From the NCBI GenBank assembly GCA_010909165.1, contig MU008179.1, positions 806,001 through 870,000 on the forward strand: a DNA stretch of 64,000 nt, in the 5' to 3' direction. Positions 22,958-36,299 of this stretch are shown one piece after another (positions within the stretch are counted from its first letter, which is position 1; every line of letters starts with the position of its first letter). A program made the translations under genes and the position numbers. Below the pieces are notes generated by a model, which did no database searches, was not told the DNA's origin, and worked only from the letters and a program-made list of their open reading frames with translations. The DNA is from Anthoceros angustus (Eukaryota > Plantae > Anthocerotophyta).

Positions 22958-25900
22958 CGCCTCTACCGCATTCCATACGCCCAGATAGGGCGACGCATGG
23001 CCGTGTGCCATGGAGGAAATGGAGCGCGATGGCCATAAAGGCGCCACGATCGTCCGGACGGTCACACCGCCACGATACGGCAGTGTGTCCTACCGAATGC
23101 CCATGCTAGGGTGAGTTGTGTGTACTTGCAACCAGTGGGCAAACGATTTGACGCCGGTGTGCGAAAGAGGGTGTGGACCGCGTGACTCAATGCAGCGACT
23201 ACGCGGACGCCGTGAATCGCGTGCGATCGACCAGCATCTTGGGATGCCAGTTTTTGGCATCCACGACAAACAACGTCGCAGTGGTTGCTAGCTAGTGGGA
23301 GCGCTCGAATGAATTGTGCCTCCTTGCAAAACAGCTGTGCACATTCAGTAACATGGAACATGACATTCCCTAGCCTACAGGCAGTGCATACATCACACAC
23401 CAAGTTTCTGACATGAACTGTGCACAAGAAACTCGCCTTCAAAAACCTCCACGTTCACAGGATCGGAAAGACACTTTATTCTAACAGTACGCATGCGATC
23501 GACCGATGAGCCCATACAAGATCCCTCCAGCCAAGGTGTAGCACGCCGACTATCATTTCACGCCTAGTCGGAAATGCCCTTCGCCATTGCACATGAAATC
23601 GCATAACCGCAAACCGCCCAGCTAAGTGAATGTAACTGGTTCAAACTGTGGAAGTTTGCACCGCCCACTTGTTGCTTCATAAGCGCCACTATACCACATG
23701 CTCAAGGGGATGTGAGCATGGATCGCAAGGCATACCGCCCCCGCCCCGCAGCGGTGTACCGACGCCATCCCATTGAGGGCCTCTTTCCGCACATAGATAT
23801 GCCGGCCCCACATCCACTTGTGATATTGAGCCTCTTCTTGCAAAGATGTCCGCAAGTTCCCACAAATCCATTGTGCCTTGTTTGGTGTCGATATATTTTC
23901 ACCAAATTGGGCCACCTTCGCACTACAAGAACGCCAAACTTGTTGGTCCCTACCATCGCATCGCAATACATTCTCTCCTTGAGTCTCAAACCTCGTGACA
24001 ATGATATTGTCCCGCCATGCTTGCCTCGGTCGGATCGCCTGAAACAAATATAGCGAGCTCTTTCGCCGCCCCGTAAAGCCCACACCCAACCTTTCCGAGC
24101 ATGCCGCCCACACATCCGCCTTTCCCCACCATCTCGATGGCAAGACGCAACGGACCATCGCCTTCCAAGCTTGCCCTTGCCGCAAAAACGATGATGCATT
24201 TCGGCAACCCCGATGCCTCCATGACCGGACCACCCACTTGCCATCTCCCGCTTCCCACACGAATCTGTCTTCACCGCCCAAATCGGTAGGCCCAGACATA
24301 CACCTTCTCCTCACCTTCCACGGGCCCGAGGTCCGCGCCCAAATCGGAGGGGCAGCACTTCATCCCTTCGCCCGCTTGCGGAGCCGGGCCGCTCAGACGG
24401 TGTCATAACTGTTCCTTCAGACGCTCACGCCCATGCCGCCTCCCACCGCTAAACGGTATTCTATTGGCGGTCTCGCATTAAGGACACCACCGCCAGGCTG
24501 CGGTGTCCGTGAATGGCCGACATGTCCGGCCGGAAGTAAGCTCGCCTCTTTCCATGGCGCAGCGCACGATGGCGGAGCAAAGCAAGTCGGCCGAAAACGG
24601 TAACATCGGATTCGCGATCGACCACACCGCCTCTTCCTCAAAGATATGGAAGAAACGACGCCGCTGAATTGTGGATACACTTACCACCGGAGCCGCACTC
24701 GATATCGCCTTCCGCAGGATGGTGGTTGTCCGCCATCGGGTAGCGTACATTTAGTACCGCATTTCCGACGGGCATGAGTTTTCGCCATAAAGCACTTGCT
24801 TGCTGGAGAGTTCACAACGGCCGCCTCACGCCACCGCGCATCGGCGACAAATACTCACCATCGCCACTTCATTCTCACCTCGCCTCGCGACACGGCGGAA
24901 AGAAGCACGCCTTGTCAATCCGCGACAATGGTCCGACGCCGATCCGGAGTTCACAACGTATATTGTCCATGCCCGAGTTGTGCAGAAGCACCATTAAAAT
25001 TCGCGACATTTCGCTCAGACCGCCAAAGAAACAATCCGTCTTGGTTCCGCGAGGTGTGTACTTCGATGTTTTTACAGCTCTTTCGTGGATGCGAACGATG
25101 ATCCGCTCGACCCCTCATGCCCGTGATTGAGTTCGCCCGCAGCCGATGCCCATTCTCATGAAGTTGGCAATGGCCACCCGCCTTCGATTGCACCCGGGGC
25201 CACCGATATTCGCCACCGGCCAGCCGCGCTGCAAATGCGAGTGTGAACTCCGACCACACGGCGGACAGGCAGCCAATGCCGGACGGTGTATGGTTGTGAA
25301 AGAGAGGACATGCGGACCTTGATGCGACGCTAGGTGGACATCGATGCGACGCCGCGACCACGACGCCGGACCTTCATGCCGACGGAGGAGATTCGTGGAC
25401 TTGGATGAACTGCTGGCCGGTGTTCCCGACGCACTCGCAAGGAGAGAGCATATGCCCGGATGTCATGAAATGCCCTTGTTCACCATCGCAACCTTGCACC
25501 TCGAAAGAGTCCCGCTTAATCGCAACCCCGCTTTGCTTTCCATTCAAACTCGTTATGGCATACCGACGCCGCGATGTCGATTGCAGGTGTTGTTGGGCTG
25601 CATTTGTTGCCGAGAGGAATTCTCCGCCAAGTCGATGACGGAGGCTAAAAGACATTGTACTCCTTCGGGCCGCACTTCAAGAAAATTCATGCCTGTAAAT
25701 GATCGTGATGTCGCTTCGGGCCCCTATGCGACCACGCGAATGCATTAAATGCCTCGCAGACAGATATGTCGAGGGCGTGGATCGCCAAACGGCGCTAGGA
25801 GAGCTCCTGTGAAAGTTCTGGCACTTTCCGGGATATAGCCCGCGCATGTTTAGAGCACCAGACCTCGCAAGGCTAATGACAACAGACATGGATCTCATGG

Positions 25901-27936
25901 AGCATGGGTCCATGGGCATAATAATACAGATGGGAGGTTTTAGATGGATTGATGGCTTTGGCTCTAACCTTAAACATCCGTCTCGCTCTTGCAACGGACG
26001 GTTTAACCCATTTGGACACAAGTCCACAACTACATCTATATGGCTGTTATGCTATTCTTACACAACCTTCCACCATGGCTAAGCACGAACCGCTTATACC
26101 ATCATGCCGCTTATTGTGCCGGCCCTCACATTGTGCCGAACTTTGATGTTTACATGGAACCTCTTTTGGAGGAGTTGAGAGACCGTGGCATGGGATACCC
26201 ATGGACGACTTCTCTTCCTTGGACAACAACGACGGCTTCACGCTATGAGCAATTGCTTTGCACACCATAGCCGATTATCCGGCATTGGCACACTCCACGG
26301 CTTTCGGTGAAGGGTTCAAGGGCATGCGGAATGTTGGGATGGCTTAGACTCACCGGGCCCACCACGTGCGTATGAGGAGTACCTTGGCTCGGCGGTGGCT
26401 TCCGCCCAATCATCCCATGCGGGTAGACATGGACCGTACAACAATGAAGTGGAGCGGCGGCCTCGTCCCAATCCCCCCTCGTTTGACGCGCTAATGGCAG
26501 ACATGGAAAAGAGAGATAATGCAACAGTCCGGGAGTTGAGGGAGAGAGGCAAGTTTGGCACCCGCCGCAAAAGCTTATGGTTTGATTACCTGCCGTATTG
26601 GAGACACATGCTGAGGTGGACACAAAGGGATGTGATGCACATTGAGAAGAACAATGCAGAGGCTTTGTGACAGACCTTCATAGGAGAGAAAGATGATCTA
26701 CGATCCCGTTTAGACATGGAAGAATATGGGGGCAAGCATGAGCTATGGCCATTGCTAGGGAATAGGGAGACCTTCTTGCCTGCTCCGTATGTCTTATCCA
26801 AGCCGGACTTGGATATGGTTTTTGCGGAGATGCAGGCCATACGGTTACCAGCTGGATACGCATCAAACATCGCTGCAAAACTGGCGTCTGGCAAACTGGG
26901 AAACCTCAAAGCTCATGATTGGCATGTTGTGGCATCGGCGTCAGACAACGACGATTTCGAGGAAGTATATACTCGTTCTCGGAGCGCGACAGGAAAAGCA
27001 GCGCCGATAGGTGGCCACGTCCTGGCAGCCGAAGGCAGAATGACGAGGGCCTGAGCAGCGGCAGTGAAGGCCTCGGCGTCGAAGGGGAAGGAGAGAGGCG
27101 CGAAGTCCAGGGTGAGACGTACTGATGGACTCATGAGGTTTGGGCTGCCTCGTTAGTTACAGACCGATGTTTCTTCTCATGCAAGCACAACCGGCCATGG
27201 ACGCTGTCAATGTGGAGGGCCTCAAGCACCACAAGAGAACCAACGATGGAAAGGCACAAAGCGGAAAGGAGCTGTACAGATTACGAATGAAAAGAGCCAA
27301 AGGCCGCAAAAGTGTCATGAGCGGTACAGCAGTCAAATACGCCTCACGCGAGTATAATTAGATCTCGAGGCCGCAGAAACTTCAAAAACCATGAAATGAC
27401 ATGGACATGGTGCTTTGCAGTTGGTGTAACCCCTGGTGTATTGTGATTTTGACCAAATAACGCGATCAGATAGCATCGCCTTCAGATGCACGACGTATGT
27501 ATGAAATGACGCGGACATGAAGGCATATTGTCGACATACGATCGGACGATGTCGTGTTCGAGACGACATGGGGCCCAGGATGTACATGCCACATGTCCGG
27601 CAGGCGTGGCCAGTCGGGACATGAGCCGTTGCACCGAAGTGAGGCCGGAATGATTCGGGAGCAGATGGCCGGATGTCGCGTGTTAAGTTTGAAACCCGAT
27701 GGTAATTAATGTGGACCGGAAAGGCCACAAACTCGATAAGGGGCGGAATCAACTCGACTCCACAACCGGCCTAAAGTGTGTAACAAATTTTGTTGTCACG
27801 ACCTTCATGTTAAGGTGTTTTGTAACAGATCCGCCGGACACGGCCTAATGCATGTTACAAAACCGCCATAAACGTTACAAAAACCCCGAATCCCGTTATA
27901 AAACACCATAACATGGACACCATGTTTCTAGTAGAT
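22626..27936 (+). mobile_element. CACTA (En/Spm) DNA transposon 1, 5.3 kb, internally decayed
   Basis: Left TIR CACTACTAGAAACATGGTGCCCATGTTA; right end TAACATGGACACCATGTTTCTAGTAG(AT), with the last two bases mismatched; 3-bp TSD ATG (22623-25 / 27937-39); LTR sequence resumes on both sides. Confidence 0.9.
25400..26950 (+). pseudogene. Frameshifted CACTA TnpD transposase (Transposase_21/Tnp2)
   Basis: ATDG/FNPFGHKSTTTSIW, HNLPPWLST, GPHIVPNFDVYMEPLLEEL, DVMHIEKN, LKAHDWH. Confidence 0.88.
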
Positions 27937-28214
27937 ATGCTCACACTCAAGGCTCCCAAGGCCTCTAGGCACCAAAGTCCTATCCTCAAGAGTGTAACTC
28001 CCCATGCTAGGATCACAAGATAATGCTCCTCTAGGGCTAGCCTCATCTCCTTATATAGGGAGGCTTACATCATTTCCAAAGTAACTGCCTAAAGCAGACT
28101 TTCTTCCTTAAGCCCTAAGCTAAGTCTTACCACCACTACTTACAACTTACTAACTAGATCCAAGGGTGCATGCTTCTCATGCAAGGCTTGTTACTTTCTC
28201 CCCATCGAAAAGAA

Positions 28215-30781
28215 TCATTGTCTCGTGATAGCCAACGACGAGAGATCATCCAGATCCTTTGAATATCCTCTAACGTTACCCAAACCGGATCCGAGATCCC
28301 ACGCAACTTTACCATATTGTGGTACGATTCCACGCTTTGTAGGCACGCTACTCGCAAGGAATTCCTCAATTTCCACCTTGATTATGCCGCACGAGAACAC
28401 TGCATTCTTCTTGTCCATGTCTTCTTTCTTTGCTCGCACAAATGGTTTCGAGTGATACATGAAACACATTGTGTGCAAAAATCCATTCAGTCAGAATTTG
28501 TAAGCCACTTCTCCAATGCGCTTCAAGACTACAAATGGACCACCATATCTTGGCCTTAACTTAAAAGTTAATCCTTGAGGTAATGGGAAATGCTTCAATT
28601 TCACCCATACTTTATCCCCAACGTTGAAGACAGCTTTCTCTGCCTATCAAAGATATTTCTTCCGACGTGCTTGAGCCTTGGCTAAAATTCCTTTGGCAAT
28701 CTCATGCCTAGCCTTCAACCGCTCAATGAATCGGCGTGGATCTCTAGTGGTAGTATCGAAAACTTCAGCATTTAGCATGGATACCACGCCCGGTCGAATT
28801 CCTCCCATCTCAAAAGGACTACATCCGAGAGTCGTGCGGTTGTTATAACAAAATTGTGCATCGTCTAGATGATCACCCAATCCCTCGATCAATGCACATA
28901 ATGCCTTAAGTATTCTTCTTGGATTCGGTTGACTCGCTCGGTTGAGCCATCGATCCGGATGGAAAGTCGTGCTCATACATAATTCCACATTCAAGCATTT
29001 CATCAAATGCTGCCAAAATTCTCCGTGAACCTTGGATCCTGTCACTCACAATCTGCATAGGTAAGCCATGGTACTTGTATATATACTTCTTAAACAAGTG
29101 GCTACCTCGTGTCGCCACCGCTTCTTTGTAGGGATGAAATGTGCTTGTTTGGTGAATCTATCCACCACCGTCATGATAGCATACAACCATTCGGGTGGCA
29201 AAGGCATGATAAAATCCATAGAGATACTCTTCCAAGGTCCACTTGGAATAGGTAGAGCAAACCTCTTGGTTTAGCTTGCTCCACCTTATCTTGCGACAAA
29301 CAAGACATGCCTTGACATAATCCATCGTATCTGATACATTCCGCCAAGAAAAGCCTTCCTTAGCTTCTCATAAGTGGTGACCTGTGACTTGGCACATCAT
29401 GACATTCAAGAAGCAATTTGCTCTTCAACTCAAGAATTTGGGATCACAATCCTCCTCTGCTTGTATATCAACAAACCATCCTCAATTTGAACTTGCTTCC
29501 TTTCGCTCTATTCCATTAATCCGATCCGAACATCCGGATCCCGCAGATATGCTTCCTTGATCTGTTGTGAGTGTCCATAGGTTCAACCAGATTGCCATTG
29601 CCTTTACTTCGACTCTTTTGCGACTCGATCCGCAACCTTATTCTCTTTTCCGTGTTTATACTTGAGAGTCACATCATACATAGCTAGGAAATCTTGCCAT
29701 CTAGCTTGTCTTGCATTCAACTTCAATGGTTAGAGAAGTATGTTGTCCGATATTATCGATAGAGCACAAAAGATCGCCCAAGAGATAGTGTCTCCATACC
29801 TTGAGACAATGAATGAGATCATTTCCTTCTCATAGGTGGGATACTTCAACTCATAAGGATGCAATTTCCTTGACTCAAAAGCTATCGGCTTATGGTCTTG
29901 CATCAACACTCCACCTATGGCCACGCCGAGGCATCAGACACTTCCACATCCTTCTTGGGATCATACATTCCTAAAACCGAGTTGTACTCAATTTCATCTT
30001 CAAGTATTCAAATGTCGCTTGACATTCAAAGATCCCACTTCCAAGCTTTCGTCATCTTTAAGAGGTCGCTTATGGGGCTGCTATCTTAGCAAACATATGT
30101 ACAAATCTCGCATACGTAAGCCAAACCCATAAAACTGCAAACCTCATGAATGTTCCTAGGAGGTTGCCAATCTTGAATGGCCCTCATCTTATCAGGATCC
30201 ATTCTGATGCCATCAGCAGAGACAATAAAGCCTAGGAAAGCTACCTCTGTCTTGACAAAGTCACACTTCTTAATTGCCAAGAACAAAGAATTCTCTCTTA
30301 GCTTTTGTAACACTTCTCTTAAGTGTTCAGGATGTTCCTCCAAGGTATGGCTAAAGATCAATATGTCATCCAGATAGATTACAACACACTTGTCCACGGA
30401 TCTATGAATATAGTATTCATAAGTGTCTCGAAATGTGTGCATTAGTAAGTCCAAATGGCATGACCGAAATTCAAAAGCCCCATACCGGTCCTACATGTCG
30501 CTTTGTACTCATGTCCCTCTGCGATTCGATCCGATAGTACCCGCCATCGATCTAGCTTGGTGAAATACTTGGCACCCTTCAACTCATCAAACATATCATC
30601 CATTCTTGGCAAAGGATATGCATTCTTCATGTAATTTGATTCGAGCTCGTAATCTAAACACATCCTTAGTCCTCCATTCTTCTTGCGCGTAAACAATACC
30701 GGCGCACCAAAAGGAGACTTAGAGACTCTGATATATCCCTTTGCCAGCAGGTTGGATAGTTGTCGCTTGAGTTCCTGCAGC
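28215..30781 (-). pseudogene. Ty3/gypsy pol: RT - RNase H - integrase - chromodomain, frameshifted
   Basis: [79 protein letters not shown], and a C-terminal chromodomain-like segment. Confidence 0.93.
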
Positions 30782-30853
30782 GCTGGTGTCTGGTGATGTT
30801 TTTGTCGCTAATTGCGTGACTGCCCCACCTCGCTAAAAAGGGGGTGTTACTTG

Positions 30854-30871
30854 TGGTATCAGAGCCAGGTT
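30854..30871 (+). other. Primer binding site complementary to initiator tRNA-Met
   Basis: TGGTATCAGAGCCAGGTT lies two bases after the LTR end GTTACT (30846-30851). Confidence 0.95.
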
Positions 30872-30903
30872 GAAGCATCTTTTAGCTAGGGCGCTAGCTG
30901 GAG

Positions 30904-32717
30904 ATGGCCGATCCTAGAGAGCCAGGCAGAGCAGAGAGAATACGGCGAAAGAAAGAGAAGGCTCCTATGGTGGAGACCGCAGTGGATGAGCCTCAGATGG
31001 AGCCACTAACTCCTAGAACGGGCAGAGTATACCTGGGTCAAGACCGCCACCATGCCGCAAGAGGAGCTTCAAAATCTTTGAGGAGAATGGAAGCTCTAGA
31101 GCAACAAGTACAAGGAAAAGAAAGCTCGATGAAGCAGAGAAGGATGATGAATGTGACGAATTGGAGCCTCGCCCAAAGGAGTAGAGCAAGGAGACCCAAG
31201 AAGTTGAGGCGTTGCCCAAATTTCGTGATAGGTATAAGGATGAACGAGATGTGGAGAAAATCAATTTGTGGCTTTTCTCATTGGAAGGATACTTTTCGTC
31301 GCAGAGGATTCCGCAGGAAGAGTATCTAGATCACATCGTTAACTTCTTAGAAGGGTACGCTCTTACTTGGTGGAGAACATATATTCAAAGTATTCAACAA
31401 GGTAATAGAGTGGAAACTATTTCCACCTGGGCAGAATTCAAAGATGCACTACAACTTCAATTCCAGCCAACTAATGCATCTATGCTGGCAAGAAGGATGC
31501 TAGAGAATGTAAAGCACATGTGAATGTTGCACAATATGTGAGTGAATTTAGCACACTGTTACAATGCCCGATATGTGAGGTGGATAAGCTCCACAGGTTT
31601 TATAGTGGACTCAAGAGGTGGGCTCGGATAGAATTGATGACAAACCTCAAACTCGCGAGAGGCTATTGTAGTGCAGATGCGATACGACACAAGTCGTGCC
31701 GAGGAAGCACCAGGTCTTCGTGAGGAAGGTATCCAAGATCTTTTCAAGGAAGATCACGAGGTAGAGGAAGAGCCACCAACACCGGGCATATTGGAACAAA
31801 TGATAATGTTGGCAGAGGAAGAGGAGCCAATAGAGGTCGTGGCCGTGGAAGCCAAAGGACGACAGCCCTCAATTTGGTGTGCCATTGTGGAGAGCAAGGA
31901 CATTTTATGAAGATTGTCCGCATGCCGGGAATTCTAACCGAATGTGATAGCCGCCAATCCTCAAGCTCCGGACTTAGGATTCTGAGCTCGCAGAGCCCAA
32001 ATGACCGGGCTACATGTTGTTGTGACAAGATGTGGTGAGTCATCTAGTGTCAAGGATGACACTATTTTGAGGGAAGGTGGAGCCCTTATGTACATATGTG
32101 GAAGATGAATGGCTTAGAAGTAGAGTTATTGTTGGACTCGCCACCCACAATTTTATAACTCGCAAGGCGAAAGAGCTTGGGCTAGTACTTCCGCGCCATA
32201 TGGAATCAAGCAAGCTAAAGGAACTCGCTTTTGGGTGAATTGCATGGAGTAAAGCTGCAAATAGAAGCGTGGAAGGATACATGAGTTTCATGCTTGTAGA
32301 CATGGATGACCATGATGTTATCTTGGGTCTAGAGTGAATGAAATCCAATGAAGTGCGTGTAGATGTGAAGTCCCGCACCATTAAGATATTGAAGAATGGA
32401 AAGCACAAGGTGGTTTGTGTGTTAATCTTAGTCAAGCTTGAGATGTGCTCAAGACTTGATTTCAAAAGAGAGCTCAAGCAGACATAAGATGTAAGAAGGA
32501 GCTTTATCTAGTTATGCTCCGTGGATTAGAGGATGGTCTTGAGGAAGAATCCTCAAAGAGAAAGACATCCCAAAAATGTCGCCTCTGATGATTTTAAGGA
32601 TTTGATGCCTGATGAATTGCCACCTTTATCGTCTCATAGAGTAGTAGATCATGAGATTGAATTGAGGCCAAGGAGTACGCCTCCGTCGAGAGCACCATAT
32701 AGATTGTCGCAGGATGA
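30904..32717 (+). pseudogene. Ty3/gypsy gag - aspartic protease - pre-RT segment (inverted relative to pol)
   Basis: WLFSLEGYF, FLEGYALTWW, TWAEFKDAL, CCHC knuckle near 31880-31920, DS.ATHNFI, DVILGL, VDHEIEL..PPSRAPYRLSQD. Confidence 0.9.
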
Positions 32718-32749
32718 TATACGAAAGAGACAGCCCCGCACCATGTCTG

Positions 32750-33691
32750 CGTACATGGTACGTTTCTAATGCAAGCAGAATAAAGAGGTGGCCTGCTTGC
32801 ATCATGCTATATTTGCGGACCTTGAGAGCCGCTGCTCCGGCAGCAGTCCAACCTGGACGGTTAGTGATGACCTGAGCGGAGATGGTGTCACGTGTAGGAT
32901 CGGTAACCACCACATCCACCACCGAAACCTGGTTGCCATGAACAAGGTACAGGTCAGCCCTGATTGAACTACCTGTACAGAAAGTATACCCCCACTTCCT
33001 CTAGGCCATGTACCCGCTTTTGCGAGCGATGGCGAATATGACATTGCGGATGGCGTCGTGAGTGGCAATGTGATGACCCCTGTGGGGACAACAAGCAAGG
33101 TGTACCCCAGAATCATCGAGGGCAGAGCCACACTCGCAAGTAAGGAGCGAAGAAGCCACAGGCTGAAGTAGGCCAAGACGGAATCGCATCGCAATGATGA
33201 AGGTGGTTGGTGCGATGTGAAAACCCCGTATGCATGGGCGGGCCAATAGCCAAGCACTTGCGCCCTTCCCAGAATAAGAGCGGAGCCGCACTCTTGTGGA
33301 CCTAGGGATGGAGGGTTCCTGGAGGACAGACTGGAAAGCCTGGCCGAGCTGCTTCTCGAGCAGGGATGCCTACAACCCCCTGAAACCATCAGTAATAAAT
33401 GTCGAGAAAGGAGGAAAGTCCTTCCGAGCATCCACTTATAACATGTCCCTAGCCTGCCTCAAGGACGTTTGGAGAGAGGAGGTTCCCTCCTCCACACCTT
33501 ATGCGATATCCTCCGGTCTCTTCCCCGGCGGCTTTCATGGGCAGTTGGGCCCTCTCTGCCCCTACTTTGGCTTCTCGCTTTATCCTCCATGACAGGCTCT
33601 TCTCAAAGAGTATCCATAATCTTCCTATCAAACCGCCGCAGCCAGGACAAAAGGGTCAGGGATAGAGGCAGCGTACGGATAAGGTAACCAG
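32750..33691 (-). mobile_element. 3' part of a CRE-like non-LTR retrotransposon (CCHC zinc knuckle + restriction-like endonuclease)
   Basis: GASAWLLA, AMRFRLGL, CECGSALDDSGVHLACC...HDAIRNVI, RADL...VDVVVTDP, KVRKY, LALETY; truncated at the 3' end. Confidence 0.82.
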
Positions 33692-36299
33692 CACTACTAC
33701 AAAACATATGGCTTTTTAACGCAAAATATAATGTAACAATGACGCATAGTGGCCTGGAATCACGTGTGGTCCTTTTAGCCAAAGCGTTATAAAATACATT
33801 ATAATGAACTCGATATTCCTTACTTTTAACGTGGCAACCTTACCGTTGCCATGGAATGCCCGATGGCGGGTGGTGGGCAAGTTATCCGGCAGGGTATGCC
33901 TATAACCGTATGGTATGGGCGGCACTGGACGGTTCTGCCACCGTGGTTCTGCTCAGGCCTGCTAGTGCTTCATGACGGCACCGGCCCGCCCATCATAGAA
34001 TCTTGGGTCACCGGGCCAGACCCGTTTTCCCTCTTCCCCGCTGGCGGTTGAATTCAAAACGCTGGCTTCTTGGTAAGAGCGTATTTGACTGTCCTGGTTT
34101 GACCGTCCAACAACATGATGTCAAGTGGCTGTTCATTGGTGCGCAAACACACTCCATGATGGGCCTTGATTGGTGAAGGGTCCAAGCACGGTTAGGTAGA
34201 CCACATTATGTGGGGACGGACGCAACGCGTATTTATGTCCACATGTGGACGTATTTACCTTCTGAAAATTCTCCCCACTAGAATATCTATCGAAATGATT
34301 CAATTTTTTTTCCCATAACTAAGAGCAAGGCAACAAGTCCACATTAAAATGCTCAGAGTTAAAGGATATGATTTGTGCATATGGTATTTAATTGTTTGAT
34401 CACGGATGGACAAGTGAACTTTGGACACAAAAAGTGAGCACAAGACACACAACCCAAGTTCATTTGAATTTCAAACCATCCCATCAAGTGAACACGGAAC
34501 ACTGAGAGTGAGTCTGTATCACACTCAAGTTTGGCACTTGTTCAAATTTCAAAGTTTGGAATACGCGGGAATTTCAAAGTCTGGCTTTGGCGGGAATTTC
34601 AAACCATCCTGTCAAGTGAACACGGAACACTAAAAGTGAGGCATGGTCACAAACAAGTGTAAACTTGTTTGAATTTCAAAGTTTGGGTAAGCGGGAATTT
34701 CAAAACGAGGTACCCAAGTTGCTGCGGCTCATCTTTGATGAGAGCATAACCTCCGATCTGCACGCCTGCGAGCCTTTTCGCCTTCGCTTATACCGAGGGC
34801 GCCTGCACCCGTGTGAACCATGTGCCTAGGATTGTGAGTCGCGACACGGAGGAGGCGGGGAAGGGAGCCCCGCCCGAGTGTGCCAAGGAATCGAATGGCT
34901 CCAGAAGGCATCCTCTTCGAGTGCACTTAAGAGAGCGAAGCACGCTGGAAGCGCCATGGAGGGAAAAGCAATTTCAAATGTATCTTTGTGTGTGGAAGAT
35001 GTTAGGCAAGATGTCGGAGCATCTTTGCTCGTGGAGGAGGCACCTTACATGGTGAGAAGGGATCTAATCCACGATTGAATGTTGTTGTGGAAGAACGGAG
35101 CCGAGGGCGAGCAAACAACACCTCTTTCATCCACAGAGCGGGCGGCACGGCAAGGGGCGGTGGGATCTCACCAGTCCGATGGGGCTGCCAGATGCACAAG
35201 CAGTGTGTTGCTCGTGAACTTGGTCACATTTTCTTACATAGAACTGCCCACTTCAATTCGATAGCAAGGCCAAGGTGCTAGATGCTTTTTCCAGCTTCGT
35301 GGCCTCAAGGAGTTCTTCCCGCTGCGAGGGGTGAAGGCTCAAAGCCACATCCCTAGCTTTCCGAACATCGGCCATGAAGAAGCTGGAGTGTACAAGCGCC
35401 CGATAAGTTGAAGGCAAGACAAACCTTCATGAATATTGTGCTTATCGAGGATGTGAGGCAAGAAGTCGGAGCATCCGCCTTGGCCGGGTCCTTGGGGTCA
35501 GCAGGCGTGTTGTGGCACGCCATCTTCGACCAGCGATTTGCAAAGTGCACCGAGGAGGTGCGCCGGTGTGGTGGGGACGGAAGGCTCGTTCGATTGTTTG
35601 ACCCAAGAGGTAAAGCAAGTGTTTTGCAATTTTGGGAGACGCATCAAGGCCTTCCTCCAACTCCAAGGATGCTAGGCGGCAACGGTGGCTCCTCTTGTAT
35701 TCCGCACCCACATAATCCATTTCGGATACCTCTCGTGTGATCACTCAACGTGTTTTGTCTTTGCTACCTAATCGGTGGTGAGCACACCGCCACCGTGGTG
35801 AGCGATCTCCTTGCCTAGTGCCTCCGCCCATGCTTGTGGAACACCGCCACTAACCTTGTAAGTTGTTACACCTCGCCACTGCCACCACTACATGTGACCC
35901 AAGAGGCTCCCAGCTACATCACTTTCCATGTTCAGCCCTTCCTTCCGTGGTGATTGTCGCTGAGCCGCTTCACTATCATTTTGCTTGCGCAGGCTTGCCT
36001 GCCGCACTGCTCCTCATTTGCCCTGCTCCCGGTCATTTGTCCCGGCTGGGCATTTGCGCTAGCTCGGTCATTTGCGCTCGGTCATTTGCGCTGGTCTCGT
36101 CATTTGTTCCGGGTGCAATGCTCATTTGCGCCTCTCGTCATTTGTTGGTGCAATGCTCATTTGCTCTTGCTCTTGCTCATTTCATCCGTATGCAATGCTC
36201 ATTTGTTGTAGACCCGCTCACTTCTGTGATGTCCAGGCTCACTTTCTTTGAGAGGGAGGCACTTCATGTGGCTCTTTAGAGGGTTGTGTTCGAGCATGC

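Larger units (their letters stand above)
22208..32717 (-). mobile_element. Ty3/gypsy chromovirus-type LTR retrotransposon, rearranged (3' LTR interrupted by a CACTA; PBS-gag-PR half inverted; most of the 5' LTR lost)
   Basis: 3' LTR 22208-22625 + 27940-28195, PPT GATGGGGAGAA (minus strand, about 28196-28206), pol on minus 28215-30781, LTR end + PBS + gag/PR on plus 30782-32717. Confidence 0.92.
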
